Source: a virus. From it: 64,000 bases of DNA. A program made the position numbers and the translations under genes. The stretch lies in the IMG/VR virus record IMGVR_UViG_3300031857_000029; one strand, given 5' to 3'. Position 1 is the stretch's first letter; every line of letters begins with the position of its first letter. The notes beneath the pieces were generated by a model. The model was not told where the DNA came from. It did not search any database and saw nothing but the letters and a program-made list of their open reading frames with translations. Below are positions 9,653-19,682 of the stretch, piece by piece.

Positions 9653-9994
9653 ATGACCAGTAAGTTTATTCCGCCTTCGGGCAAGCCAGACCCACGCCAG
9701 ATGCAACAGCAGATGCCCGACCTTTCATTGGCTACGGATATCGTCTGTGAAAACTGTGGGAATCTCACCTTCCAAGAAGTTATGTTGATGAAGAAGATTT
9801 CTGCGATTGCGTCACCAAATGGAAAGGAAGGTATCATTCCTATCCCGACATTCGCTTGTGTGGCGTGTGGATATGTAAACCAAATGTTCCGTCCAGTAAA
9901 GTCTGCTAGAACCGATGAGGAAACTACACAAACTAGAACCAGTGTAGAAACTGCAGAGGAGCCCACTCGGCCGAAGCTTGTATTAGAGGATTAA
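9653..9994 (+). CDS. zinc-ribbon protein
   Basis: CENCG...CVACG. Confidence 0.7.
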   Translation: MTSKFIPPSGKPDPRQMQQQMPDLSLATDIVCENCGNLTFQEVMLMKKISAIASPNGKEGIIPIPTFACVACGYVNQMFRPVKSARTDEETTQTRTSVETAEEPTRPKLVLED

Positions 9995-10839
9995 TGGAAA
10001 CTACGTTCGTAGATAAGTCCCGTGTCACCGTCCGAGAAATCTCAAAGAATGTGGCACGGGATTTTATTGAAACCCACCATTACACGCATAAGTTCAGCTC
10101 TACACGATATGCCCTTGGGGTATTCTATGTAGAGGATGGTGAGCATGCGTTCTTTGCTGGAGAGAACGAACGTTTAATTGGATGTATGACCTATGGCCAT
10201 CCAGTAAGTAATCGCACGGTAGATTCGATTACCGAAGGGCTGGAGCTGGATGAAGTATTGGAGTTGACCAGATTAGTCTGCTTGGATGGATATGGAAAGA
10301 ATCTGGAAAGTTTTGTAATTGCTCAGTCCTTTGATTGGATGAAGAAGAATGACCCCAAGGTAAAAGTCTTGGTCAGTTATGCAGACCCTGAACAAGCACA
10401 TACGGGTGGAATCTATCGGGCAACGAATTGGCTCTATCAAGGATGTGGATATTCCAAGTTGATGCCAGATTATAGTATTCGTATTAATGAAGATGACCTC
10501 TGGACGCATAGCCGTACCGTAGGCGCTCGTTGGGGAAATAAGTCTGTAGAGAATCTGGCTAAGACAATCGGCCAGACCTTCTACAGAAAAGAGGAAACAG
10601 CAAAACATCGATATATCTATTTCCTCTGTGGAAAGAAGGAACGGAAACGAATGATGAACAATTTGAAGATTCCCGTATTTCCATATAATGAAATCAAGCC
10701 ATATACCCAACTGATTCAGAAGGTACACGTAAAGGATGGGGTAGTGGACCGCATTGAAATCCTCCAAGGGGTTGACAATGGGTGGTCAAACAAACAGATT
10801 GTAATGACGGAGGATGAAGATGGCGAAGACACTATTTGA
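9994..10839 (+). CDS. Mom-like (GNAT-fold) DNA modification protein, second paralog
   Basis: FIETHHY, LELTRL...KNLESF, VSYADPEQAHTGGIYRATNWLY, KHRYIYFL. Confidence 0.78.
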   Translation: METTFVDKSRVTVREISKNVARDFIETHHYTHKFSSTRYALGVFYVEDGEHAFFAGENERLIGCMTYGHPVSNRTVDSITEGLELDEVLELTRLVCLDGYGKNLESFVIAQSFDWMKKNDPKVKVLVSYADPEQAHTGGIYRATNWLYQGCGYSKLMPDYSIRINEDDLWTHSRTVGARWGNKSVENLAKTIGQTFYRKEETAKHRYIYFLCGKKERKRMMNNLKIPVFPYNEIKPYTQLIQKVHVKDGVVDRIEILQGVDNGWSNKQIVMTEDEDGEDTI

Positions 10840-11251
10840 CCATATTAATGCAATTTATCTTGACCAGAAGAAGAACTATTTCTCTGGATTGGATGATGGG
10901 GAGAAGCGAACCTATAGTAACTATATGGTCAATCGCTTTCTTTCTATGAACATTCATCAGCTCCCGCTGGTCAATGAGATACAAAAGTACACGCTACCTT
11001 CCGATGTTCACTATTTATTCTTTGCGACCACGATTCCTCGCGGTAAGCAATATAACAAATATGTGAAGGCTGCAAAAGAAACCAAGTATGAAGAGTGGTT
11101 GGTGACCTTGGTTGCGAAGCATTATTGTGTATCCGAGATTGAAGCGGTCACCTATTTGGAAATCTATTACGAACAAGATAAACCCGCACTTCGGGAACTC
11201 TGTGAAAAATACGGGATTGATACTAAAGTATTGAAGAAGGCAAAACTATGA
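10820..11251 (+). CDS. clamp loader A subunit (gp62-like)
   Basis: LFDHINAI...YSNYMVNRFLS...VNEIQ...HYLFF motif; location in the clamp operon. Confidence 0.7.
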   Translation: MAKTLFDHINAIYLDQKKNYFSGLDDGEKRTYSNYMVNRFLSMNIHQLPLVNEIQKYTLPSDVHYLFFATTIPRGKQYNKYVKAAKETKYEEWLVTLVAKHYCVSEIEAVTYLEIYYEQDKPALRELCEKYGIDTKVLKKAKL

Positions 11252-11760
11252 CACAGGATTTGGTTACTATGGTTAAGTTGAGTTGGTCGGAATATTTCCG
11301 AAAGATTGCGCACACTGTGAAATTAAAGTCAAAGGACAAGACCACACAGATTGGTGCGGTCATTGTCGGCTCTAATAATGAAATTCGTTCCACGGGATAC
11401 AATTCATTTCCACGTGGGATTGAAGATTTCCGTGAAGAACGGCAGGAACGTCCAGAGAAGTATTATTGGATGGAGCATGCGGAACGGAACGCCATTATCA
11501 ACGCCGCTCGTATTGGTGTTTCTACTGACCGATGCACTTTATTCTTGACTTGTGATATTCCGTGTGTGGATTGCACACGCGCGATTATCAACTCTGGTAT
11601 CAAGGTTATCTTTTGTGAGCGTGACCAGGGTGCAAGTGGTGAACATTGGGATGGACACAGAGAACGTAGTATTCAGATGTTAAAAGAGGCACATCGCACT
11701 GTGTGGTATTATGGGGAACAGAAACCATTTATTGATATTGGGGAATTGAGAAATGGATAA
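11248..11760 (+). CDS. dCMP deaminase
   Basis: HAERNAI and PCVDC zinc motifs; IGAVIV...TGYN. Confidence 0.92.
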   Translation: MTQDLVTMVKLSWSEYFRKIAHTVKLKSKDKTTQIGAVIVGSNNEIRSTGYNSFPRGIEDFREERQERPEKYYWMEHAERNAIINAARIGVSTDRCTLFLTCDIPCVDCTRAIINSGIKVIFCERDQGASGEHWDGHRERSIQMLKEAHRTVWYYGEQKPFIDIGELRNG

Positions 11761-12085
11761 TTTTACAATAACATTTTCAGAAAGTGCTTTAGTGGAAATG
11801 AAGTCTTTTGCCGAAAAGGAAGCAACCGACTATTTCCGTATTTCTGTGATGCCAGGCGGTTGCTCTGGTTTCAAATATAACTTTGAGATAATTGATAATC
11901 CAGAAGAAGATGATGTAATCGTAGAACAACATAACGGAGTAAAGGCAGTCGTTGACCCGTTTTCCGTACCATATTTAAATAATGTTGTTGTGGATTACAT
12001 ATCTAATATGATGGAATCTGGATTTAGATTTAATAACCCTAACGCGTCTGGTGGTTGTGGATGTGGTACGAGTTTTGCAGTATGA
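11753..12085 (+). CDS. HesB/IscA-family Fe-S cluster carrier
   Basis: GGCSGFKY and NPNA..CGCGTSF. Confidence 0.93.
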   Translation: MDNFTITFSESALVEMKSFAEKEATDYFRISVMPGGCSGFKYNFEIIDNPEEDDVIVEQHNGVKAVVDPFSVPYLNNVVVDYISNMMESGFRFNNPNASGGCGCGTSFAV

Positions 12086-12315
12086 CAAATGGAAAAGGTG
12101 ATACCCCACGCCCATTGAGTGTGGATACAGAAACATATAAAAATAATTGGGAACAAACTTTTGGTAACACGCCGCAAAAAGCACAAGCCCGTATATCGGA
12201 GTCCTTACAAGAAGTTCAAAGAGAAATTAACAGACTACGTGATATTGTAGATAACTGTGAGTATAGCGGATTACCTAACACCTCATCATACGAGGTTCAC
12301 GGTGAATCTTTATAG
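12082..12315 (+). CDS. small phage hypothetical protein
   Basis: GKGDTPRP...YKNNWEQTF motif. Confidence 0.6.
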   Translation: MTNGKGDTPRPLSVDTETYKNNWEQTFGNTPQKAQARISESLQEVQREINRLRDIVDNCEYSGLPNTSSYEVHGESL

Positions 12316-12526
12316 AAATCGCAAGGTTGGTCAAACACAGAATGGGTATCGATATGTACTGTTACAAGATGCACCAAATTCCATTCATTTAACTATACAA
12401 GATAAAGATAAGGCAATGTACGATTTCCTTACCAATCTACAATCAGAAGAAGATTTAAATAACAAAATTTCTGCATTAGAAACAGAATTCACCACTTGGG
12501 TAACCACACATGAAGTCACTAACTAA
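12302..12526 (+). CDS. hypothetical protein
   Basis: GTG start after GAGG; overlaps neighbours. Confidence 0.5.
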   Translation: MNLYRNRKVGQTQNGYRYVLLQDAPNSIHLTIQDKDKAMYDFLTNLQSEEDLNNKISALETEFTTWVTTHEVTN

Positions 12527-12839
12527 TTATCTCTCAGAAGAACAAGCAGTACAATGCGTGGGCAAGGGATGGGAAAAACTTGTTCGTAAGGTATATAATG
12601 CAAAGATAGGAATGGGGATTACCGTGGGAATAATTCAAGTGAAGGAAAAGTGGGGCGGACTCAGAATATATACTGATTATTACGATTCCCACTTAGAAGA
12701 AGTTATTATGCAGGTTAGTCGAGACAGTCTAACTATCTGCGAGGAATGCGGTGCTCCTGGTGGACTTGTAGCGAAAGGAACATGGTACCAGACCCGATGT
12801 GAAGAGCATCGTGGTGAATGGGAGCCAGTACAACACTAA
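12510..12839 (+). CDS. phage protein with QVKEKWGGLR motif and Zn finger
   Basis: QVKEKWGGLRIY...CEECG...RCEEH. Confidence 0.7.
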   Translation: MKSLTNYLSEEQAVQCVGKGWEKLVRKVYNAKIGMGITVGIIQVKEKWGGLRIYTDYYDSHLEEVIMQVSRDSLTICEECGAPGGLVAKGTWYQTRCEEHRGEWEPVQH

Positions 12840-12851
12840 TAATACCTTATA

Positions 12852-12876
12852 AAAGACCCCGAAAGGGGTCTTGACT
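12852..12876 (+). terminator. intrinsic terminator hairpin overlapping the next promoter
   Basis: AAGACCCC-GAAA-GGGGTCTT. Confidence 0.7.
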
Positions 12877-12899
12877 TTTATGGCCTATTTAGGTATATT
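12871..12899 (+). promoter_or_regulatory. sigma70-like promoter
   Basis: TTGACT-17-TATATT. Confidence 0.7.
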
Positions 12900-12928
12900 T
12901 AAGATGTCTAGTATCCTATGAGGAATCA

Positions 12929-13798
12929 ATGAACAAAGTTTCGTACAGTCAGTATACAACGTGGGCTAACTGCCCGCAAGCATGGAAGCTCCGTTATGTG
13001 GATGGTCACAAGCTGGATGAGGGTTCAATCCACACCATCTTCGGTACCGCCATGCACGAAGTCATCCAAGAATGGCTTGATACTCTTTTCAATAAGAGTG
13101 AATCATTTGCCAACGGTATTGACCTTGATGACAGCTTGAAGGCAAAGTTTCACGAACACTTCAAGGCTGGAATCAAGGAAGTGGACGGGGTAAAGGTATT
13201 CCCGTCAGACCGTAAGACGCTCGAAGAATTCTACCATCAAGGTACAGAGATTCTTTCGTATGTTCAGGCGAATCAGAAGAAGCTCTTCCCGAACCAGAAT
13301 GTGTCATTAGTCGGTATTGAGTTCCCGATTGATGTAGAGGTGCGGAAGAACGTCAAGTATGTGGGGTTCGTGGACATCATCACAAAGAATGAAAAGACGG
13401 GATTGATTACCATTTACGATTTAAAGACCAGTCGAGCTGGGTGGACACAATCACAGAAGTCTGACAAGACTAAGATTAGCCAATTGCTTCTGTACAAGAA
13501 GTTTATTGCTGAGCATTTCAATGTGCCGCTAGAGTCGGTTCGTGTCGAGTATGTGATTCTCAAGCGTATCATCTCTGAGAATTCTCCATATCCGATTCCG
13601 CGTGTCAGTCCGTTCGAGCCCCCGCATGGGAAGCCGTCAATCAATCGGGCATGGACCGACTTCGAGAATTTCTTGTTCGATTGTTTCGATGAAGATGGTC
13701 AGTATAAGACCAATACGATTAAGCATAAGGCAAGTAAGAGCGCCTGTAAGTATTGTGTATTCCGTGAGCGTAAAGACCTTTGCCAGTACGGGGTGTAA
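12929..13798 (+). CDS. PD-(D/E)XK exonuclease (Cas4/RecB-like)
   Basis: SYSQ...CP, FGTAMH, GFVDII...IYDLKTS, QLLLY, C-terminal CKYCVF...C. Confidence 0.88.
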   Translation: MNKVSYSQYTTWANCPQAWKLRYVDGHKLDEGSIHTIFGTAMHEVIQEWLDTLFNKSESFANGIDLDDSLKAKFHEHFKAGIKEVDGVKVFPSDRKTLEEFYHQGTEILSYVQANQKKLFPNQNVSLVGIEFPIDVEVRKNVKYVGFVDIITKNEKTGLITIYDLKTSRAGWTQSQKSDKTKISQLLLYKKFIAEHFNVPLESVRVEYVILKRIISENSPYPIPRVSPFEPPHGKPSINRAWTDFENFLFDCFDEDGQYKTNTIKHKASKSACKYCVFRERKDLCQYGV

Positions 13799-13811
13799 TG
13801 TGGAAAATCCT

Positions 13812-14408
13812 ATGGTCAACTATAGTAAGCTGATTGCTGAAACTGCAAGTAACCATTATAACGTGCGGGATGAGTACAAGGAAAATACCTACGAACAGAA
13901 TGTTGCCATCACAATGAGTGAGCAACGTAGATTCTCCGTGGGATGTATCAATATCACGGGGGAACTGAATATCGGAATGATGATTCGTTCGGCGTGTCTT
14001 TTTGGGGCTGAGAATTTTTATATCTTTGGACGAAAGAAATTTGATAAACGGTCCACTGTTGGGGCTGAGAAATACATTAATATCGTCCAATATACTTTTG
14101 ATGACCCGATACACGCCGACGAATCAATTCTGAATCAGTTGAAGTTGTTGAAGCACAATATAGTGTTGTGTGAGCATGGTGGTCATGTGATGGGGAAGGA
14201 CAATTGGAAGTTTTACGATAGTCTCCACAAGCACAATGAAACCCCACTCTTTATCTTCGGCTCAGAGAGTCACGGAATTCCAGAGGTTATCCGATTCGCA
14301 AACTTTGAGCGTATCAGTATTCCGCAACGTGGGGTACTTCGGTCATATAATGTGAGTGCCGCTATGAACATTATTTGTTGGGACTTTATCAAGGAGATAT
14401 ATCTGTGA
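13812..14408 (+). CDS. SpoU/TrmH-family RNA 2'-O-methyltransferase
   Basis: NIGMMIRSACLFG, FIFGSESHGIP, IPQRGVLRSYNVSAA. Confidence 0.9.
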   Translation: MVNYSKLIAETASNHYNVRDEYKENTYEQNVAITMSEQRRFSVGCINITGELNIGMMIRSACLFGAENFYIFGRKKFDKRSTVGAEKYINIVQYTFDDPIHADESILNQLKLLKHNIVLCEHGGHVMGKDNWKFYDSLHKHNETPLFIFGSESHGIPEVIRFANFERISIPQRGVLRSYNVSAAMNIICWDFIKEIYL

Positions 14409-14803
14409 AGAAGCGATATAAGCAAATGATTGATACTCGTCGGGTCTATCAATTGGAAACTGATATGTACTACGACCGCAGGTTTGCGTATATCACCAAG
14501 CAACGGTCATTAGACTATCTGGTACGATATGCCAAGAAGATTTGGAAGGCTGAGAAGATTAAGAAGCAGATGCCTCTTATCCGATTTGGCAAGGGATTAC
14601 AGAAGTTTAGTTGGTGTGATGGGGAAACATTGGAACTTGCCCCAACCCAACGGGACATCTTGACTCTTGTACATGAGTTGGTTCATGCGATTGGATACGA
14701 TGACCACGATAAGAACTTTGCGGCAAAAGAGTTGGTCCTACTTGCGAAATATACCTCGGTGAAGGTTGACGCACTGCATGAAATGTTTGAGGTTATGATA
14801 TGA
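14405..14803 (+). CDS. putative zinc metallopeptidase
   Basis: LVHELVH...HDKNF zincin motif. Confidence 0.6.
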   Translation: MKKRYKQMIDTRRVYQLETDMYYDRRFAYITKQRSLDYLVRYAKKIWKAEKIKKQMPLIRFGKGLQKFSWCDGETLELAPTQRDILTLVHELVHAIGYDDHDKNFAAKELVLLAKYTSVKVDALHEMFEVMI

Positions 14804-14964
14804 ACGATATAGATAGAATTAAAAAAGAAATAGAGTATTGGCAAACCGAATTTGTTCCAAGTGGTAATATGGGTAAGTGGGCCAGACAGGCTAGAATAGA
14901 TTCTTTAAATAGAACTTTGAAACAGCTTGAACAAGATAATCAAAGTGAAAACGGTGAACTATAA
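14800..14964 (+). CDS. small hypothetical protein (54 aa, not in ORF track)
   Basis: MNDIDRIKKEIEYW...; ATGA and TAATG coupling at both ends. Confidence 0.55.
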   Translation: MNDIDRIKKEIEYWQTEFVPSGNMGKWARQARIDSLNRTLKQLEQDNQSENGEL

Positions 14965-15413
14965 TGGCATGGTGGCATAAACCAGACCCACCAGATATGG
15001 AAGGGTATGTACCTGACAATTTCTATAATGGTCCAGACCCCGATGCATACAAACGATATGCGGAATGGAAACATAGACAAGCACGAGAGAATAAGGTGGC
15101 GTGGGAAAAATTTCAAAAAGAAAAAAAGGAAAAGGCTATACAAATGAAAAAGAAATTAAAAGAAGCATCGGTATTATTCTTCATTCAGATATTGAGTTAT
15201 ACTATCTGGTGTATTAACTTCCGAGCGGTTGCTGATACGCATTATCACACAGCGGCAGTAAGTGACTTTATGATTGCCTCTATTCAGTTCTTTGTGATTC
15301 GGAAGATTGCGCATGGACAAGACCAGTTTCATCAATGGGCTGGATATGCACTCGGGTCTGTGGTCGGAAGTTATTTAGGTATTTGGATTTCCGCAACATT
15401 CTTGGGAGGTTGA
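14964..15413 (+). CDS. membrane protein
   Basis: Three hydrophobic segments at the C-terminus. Confidence 0.6.
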   Translation: MAWWHKPDPPDMEGYVPDNFYNGPDPDAYKRYAEWKHRQARENKVAWEKFQKEKKEKAIQMKKKLKEASVLFFIQILSYTIWCINFRAVADTHYHTAAVSDFMIASIQFFVIRKIAHGQDQFHQWAGYALGSVVGSYLGIWISATFLGG

Positions 15414-15755
15414 AATGAATGACGAAATTGTTTCATGTATGGCAATAGGAGACAGACCCTATCTGGTTGCCGCTACCAAGGATGGTAAAGTGTTTATTGG
15501 ATATGTAAGAACTGGTGATGGTCCTGATGTTGAGTGGACGAGATGCACCGATATTCCATTACACGCATCAAGCACGGAGTAATTATGGATGTCTTTATAT
15601 TCATTGCTATTCTGTCTCTTGCATTGGGTCTGACTCGTTTGGTAACAGGGCCAGGATATTGTAAGTGTAAGTACTGTGAATATAAGATACGTCAATACGA
15701 AATCCACAAGTGTAAAGTAAGTGGTCGTAGACATACCTGTAAGTAAGGAGACTAT

Positions 15756-16031
15756 ATGCATTTGCCCAAGAAACGGAAAAAGGAAGTAGTAGAAATGACG
15801 AAGGTAAAGAGTGATACATTGCCACCCTCATTACGACTTGACCTCAACGGGAAAGCCCTGTTGATGTTGGATACCGATGAGTGGGGTCCGATTGAACTCC
15901 GTATTGATGATAAGGAAACTGCGGTAGAACTCCTTCGGGTTATTGTAGATAATTTGGGGACTATCTCTACAGTAGATTCATATACGAAAGCAGAAGGAAA
16001 GAAACTTAAGAAAATGGTGGAGGGAAAATGA
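15756..16031 (+). CDS. hypothetical protein
   Basis: RBS AAGGAG, coupled to the next gene. Confidence 0.6.
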   Translation: MHLPKKRKKEVVEMTKVKSDTLPPSLRLDLNGKALLMLDTDEWGPIELRIDDKETAVELLRVIVDNLGTISTVDSYTKAEGKKLKKMVEGK

Positions 16032-16387
16032 TTGAGAAGATTGAGAAGCCGTGGGGTAGTGAACTGAAGTTTGCTCACACTGCTCATTACGTAGGAAAGA
16101 TACTGGAAGTGAAGGGTGGTGAAGCCCTGAGTGTCCAATATCACAAGCAGAAGGTAGAGACGATGCATGTATTGGAAGGCACTGGTCGTATCGTATTGTA
16201 TGTGATGGATGAGGATGGAGAACCACAGGTCACTAGTATCAACAAGATGGAGGTTGGTGATACCTTCCACATTCCACCTCGTCAAATCCACCGAATCATC
16301 GCAGATACCGATATGAAGATTGTTGAAGTATCCACCAACCATTTGAACGATTTAGTCAGATTACAGGACCGTTACGATAGGAAGTAA
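16028..16387 (+). CDS. cupin (mannose-6-phosphate isomerase type II C-terminal-like)
   Basis: KPWG, LSVQYH..KVET, HRI, EVST...D.VRLQDRY. Confidence 0.85.
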   Translation: MIEKIEKPWGSELKFAHTAHYVGKILEVKGGEALSVQYHKQKVETMHVLEGTGRIVLYVMDEDGEPQVTSINKMEVGDTFHIPPRQIHRIIADTDMKIVEVSTNHLNDLVRLQDRYDRK

Positions 16388-16388
16388 T

Positions 16389-17054
16389 ATGATTTTACTA
16401 TTAGGGGACATTCACGGAAACGCATCTATATTGTCACAGGCGTTAGGCATCGCAAAAGAGTCTAACGCTGTTGCGATTATTCAATTAGGTGATTTCGGGA
16501 TGTTTCGTGATAATGAAGAATGGTTTCGTGCAAATATTAGTAATGCTCACATTCCGATTTACTTCATTGATGGCAACCACGATGATTGTAGTAGATGGGA
16601 TACTTACCAAGAGGTTACTCGTATTTGGGATGACCGTGAACTGTTCTATGTCCCACGGGGAACTGTGATGGAACTGGATGGCCGTATTCTTGCATTTATG
16701 GGCGGAGCCGCAAGTATTGATAAAAAAATGCGATTAGAAAATAATATGCATTGGGATAGTAATGAAAATATATCACCTACACACGTAGAACGATTGTATA
16801 GAAATGCGTTGGGAAAGAAAATTGATATGTTTCTTACTCATTGCCCACCACATTCTGTAATTGAAAAGAATTTTGACCCTCTGCAAAAGTTATGGTTCGG
16901 TGTGGGAATAGATTGGATTGACCCAAATCAAAATATCATAGAAGATGCATGGGATAAGTTAAACTATCCACCTATCTATTCTGGGCATATGCATAAACGT
17001 GTCCAAGGAAAAGATTATAGAATTTTAAATATAAATGAATTATTGGCAGTGTAA
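16389..17054 (+). CDS. metallophosphoesterase
   Basis: GDIHG, LGDFG, DGNHD, THCP, GHMH. Confidence 0.9.
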   Translation: MILLLGDIHGNASILSQALGIAKESNAVAIIQLGDFGMFRDNEEWFRANISNAHIPIYFIDGNHDDCSRWDTYQEVTRIWDDRELFYVPRGTVMELDGRILAFMGGAASIDKKMRLENNMHWDSNENISPTHVERLYRNALGKKIDMFLTHCPPHSVIEKNFDPLQKLWFGVGIDWIDPNQNIIEDAWDKLNYPPIYSGHMHKRVQGKDYRILNINELLAV

Positions 17055-17096
17055 CCCACTACTTATTATAGAAGGTTATAGACAAGGGTTATACAT

Positions 17097-17267
17097 ATGC
17101 GAAAAGACAAACACAAATATACTACCATTCAAGTTAGTAAAGAAATAAATAAGCATATACGTGAATTCTGTAAAACGAATTTCGTAAATGCAGGACCATT
17201 GACAGAACGTCTGTGGTCTAATTATATTTCTTCTAGTGTGAGTGGTAGTATTTCTTTACAGGGTTAA
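17097..17267 (+). CDS. small ribbon-helix-helix-like protein (56 aa, not in ORF track)
   Basis: YTTIQVSKEINKHIREFC strand-helix pattern. Confidence 0.5.
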   Translation: MRKDKHKYTTIQVSKEINKHIREFCKTNFVNAGPLTERLWSNYISSSVSGSISLQG

Positions 17268-17271
17268 TATT

Positions 17272-18666
17272 ATGAGAACTGGTTATATTCCGAAGGACCA
17301 ACGTAAAAAGATTCTTCTTCTTTCAGACGATATGCGAGTGACCTCTGGTATCGGAGTTATGTCACGGGAAATCGTTGAAGGAACCGCACATCATTTTAAT
17401 TGGGTGCAAGTGGGAGCTGGTGTCAATCATCCAGAGATGGGGAAGACAATTGATATTTCTGCTGCATTAAATAAAGAAATAGGTATAGACGATTCGTATG
17501 TTCGTATCTATCCGTATAATGGATATGGTGATAGCAGATTGATTCGTCAACTTCTTGAAATAGAAAAGCCAGATGCCATTCTCCATTTCACCGACCCACG
17601 GTATTGGATTTGGTTATATCAGATGGAGCATGAACTCCGTCAGAAGATGCCAATTCTTTATTATAATATTTGGGACGACCTTCCATTCCCAATGTATAAT
17701 AAAGAATATTATATGTCATGCGACTCGTTGTTCTCTATCAGTAAGCAAACATATAACATTAACAAGCATGTTCTTGGACCAGAGAACCCACGGCATCTTG
17801 CATACATTCCGCATGGTATCAATACTAAGCGATATCACCCACTTCCAGCAGATGATGCAGCAATGCTTGAAACTCGAAAGAAACTATTTGGTGACGCCGA
17901 AGTGGATTATGTAATTTTCTACAATAGTCGGAATATTCGTCGTAAGCAAACATCAGATATCATTTACGCCTTCAAGGTGTTTATGATGAAGTTAACGCCA
18001 GAACAGCGTGAACGGGTTCGTTTGGTAATGCACACACAACCTGTTGATGATAACGGTACAGATTTACCAGCGGTTATCCGTGATGTCACACCAGAAGTAC
18101 AAAAGTATATTGTGTTTTCTGCTGACCGTGTTGAAGCTGGATTCTTAAATCACCTCTACAACATCGCTGATGTAACTATTAATATGTCCAGTAACGAAGG
18201 ATTCGGATTAGGTACTTGTGAAAGTATGGTCGCTGGCACTCCAATCATCGTCAATGTCACTGGCGGTCTTCAAGACCAATGTGGATTTATGGATGATGAC
18301 TACAATTATCTTGACCCAGATGTACACTTTACATATGATTGGGGTAGTAATCACGATGGTAAGTATAAGAAGCACGGTAATTGGGCGTTCCCAATGTTCC
18401 CAACCAATCGTTCCATCCAAGGGTCACCAATGACCCCATACATCTTTGATGACCGTGCGTCATTTGAAGATGCAGCAGACCGAATGATGGAAGTGTATGG
18501 ATTGTCCCGTGAGGAACGGAAGCTCCGTGGAGAGCTTGGTCGTCAGTACGCTTTAGGTCACGGTAAGTTTACAGCAGAACATATGTGTAACTCTTTCATT
18601 GAGCACATCAACAAGGGGCTTACTGATTGGACACCACGGAAGCGATTCACATTGGAGAAAGCATGA
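17272..18666 (+). CDS. GT4-family glycosyltransferase
   Basis: RNIRRK, LYNIADV...NEGFGL..ESM..GTPII. Confidence 0.9.
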   Translation: MRTGYIPKDQRKKILLLSDDMRVTSGIGVMSREIVEGTAHHFNWVQVGAGVNHPEMGKTIDISAALNKEIGIDDSYVRIYPYNGYGDSRLIRQLLEIEKPDAILHFTDPRYWIWLYQMEHELRQKMPILYYNIWDDLPFPMYNKEYYMSCDSLFSISKQTYNINKHVLGPENPRHLAYIPHGINTKRYHPLPADDAAMLETRKKLFGDAEVDYVIFYNSRNIRRKQTSDIIYAFKVFMMKLTPEQRERVRLVMHTQPVDDNGTDLPAVIRDVTPEVQKYIVFSADRVEAGFLNHLYNIADVTINMSSNEGFGLGTCESMVAGTPIIVNVTGGLQDQCGFMDDDYNYLDPDVHFTYDWGSNHDGKYKKHGNWAFPMFPTNRSIQGSPMTPYIFDDRASFEDAADRMMEVYGLSREERKLRGELGRQYALGHGKFTAEHMCNSFIEHINKGLTDWTPRKRFTLEKA

Positions 18667-19679
18667 GCTACGAATTCGAGGTCGATATGCAACTAGGAAT
18701 TGTAAAATCTAGGAAAACCGCACTAGTTACTGGTATCAACGGACAAGATGGTTCCTATATGGCTGACTTCCTACTTGACAAAGGATATAAAGTCTATGGA
18801 ATGGAACGACGAGCCTCTGTCAAGAATAGAGAGAACACAAAGCATCTTATTGATAATCCAAACTTTGAGTTTATTATTGGTGACCTTGCTGACCAGAACT
18901 CACTCCTTCGGTGTTTGAAAACTGCAAATCCATCAGAAGTCTATAACTTCGCAGCACAATCGTTCGTCGGTGAGAGTTGGAACACGCCAGAACAAACCAG
19001 TGATATTACTGGATTGGGTGTTCTTCGGATGTTAGAAGCAATCCGTGAATATGGGGAACCTATTAAGTTTTACCAAGCATCTTCGTCTGAAATGTTTGGT
19101 CGTATGGTGGAGAATCCATCAAAAGAATCCACACCATTCTATCCACGTTCCCCATATGGCGTAGCGAAGCTGTACGGGCACTGGATTACTAAGAACTATC
19201 GTGAAAGTTATGGAATGTTCAATGTCTCTGGTATCTTATTCAATCACGAAAGTGAACGCCGTGGGATTGAGTTTGTTACTCGTAAGATTACTGATGGTGT
19301 TGCTCGTATTGCATTAGGATTCCAAGATACAATTGAATTAGGTAATCTTGATGCAGGTCGTGATTGGGGATATGCACCTGATTATGTAGAAGCCGCATGG
19401 TTGATGATGCAACAAGATACACCTGATGATTATGTTATTGCAACTGGTGTTACTAAGACTATTAAACATTTCTTACAAGCAGCATTTTATCAAGTTAATA
19501 TCTTGGATTGGGAAAAGTATGTAGTGGTCAACCCCAAATTCTTCCGTCCGGCGGAAGTCGAGGTTCTTCGTGGTGATGCAACAAAGGCAAAGGAAGTATT
19601 AGGTTGGACACCGAAGACGCCGTTTGAGCAGTGGGTAGGAAAGATGGTTCACAACGATTTTACAAAGTTACAAGGATAA
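18663..19679 (+). CDS. gmd: GDP-mannose 4,6-dehydratase
   Basis: TGINGQDGSY, YQASSSEMFG, PRSPYGVAKLY, FNHESERRG.EFVTRKI, RDWGYA. Confidence 0.96.
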   Translation: MSYEFEVDMQLGIVKSRKTALVTGINGQDGSYMADFLLDKGYKVYGMERRASVKNRENTKHLIDNPNFEFIIGDLADQNSLLRCLKTANPSEVYNFAAQSFVGESWNTPEQTSDITGLGVLRMLEAIREYGEPIKFYQASSSEMFGRMVENPSKESTPFYPRSPYGVAKLYGHWITKNYRESYGMFNVSGILFNHESERRGIEFVTRKITDGVARIALGFQDTIELGNLDAGRDWGYAPDYVEAAWLMMQQDTPDDYVIATGVTKTIKHFLQAAFYQVNILDWEKYVVVNPKFFRPAEVEVLRGDATKAKEVLGWTPKTPFEQWVGKMVHNDFTKLQG

Positions 19680-19682
19680 TAT

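Noticed and set aside
12929-13798. Cas4-like nuclease as a sign of CRISPR-Cas
   Set aside because: No repeat-spacer array or other cas genes seen; stand-alone PD-(D/E)XK nucleases are common in phages.
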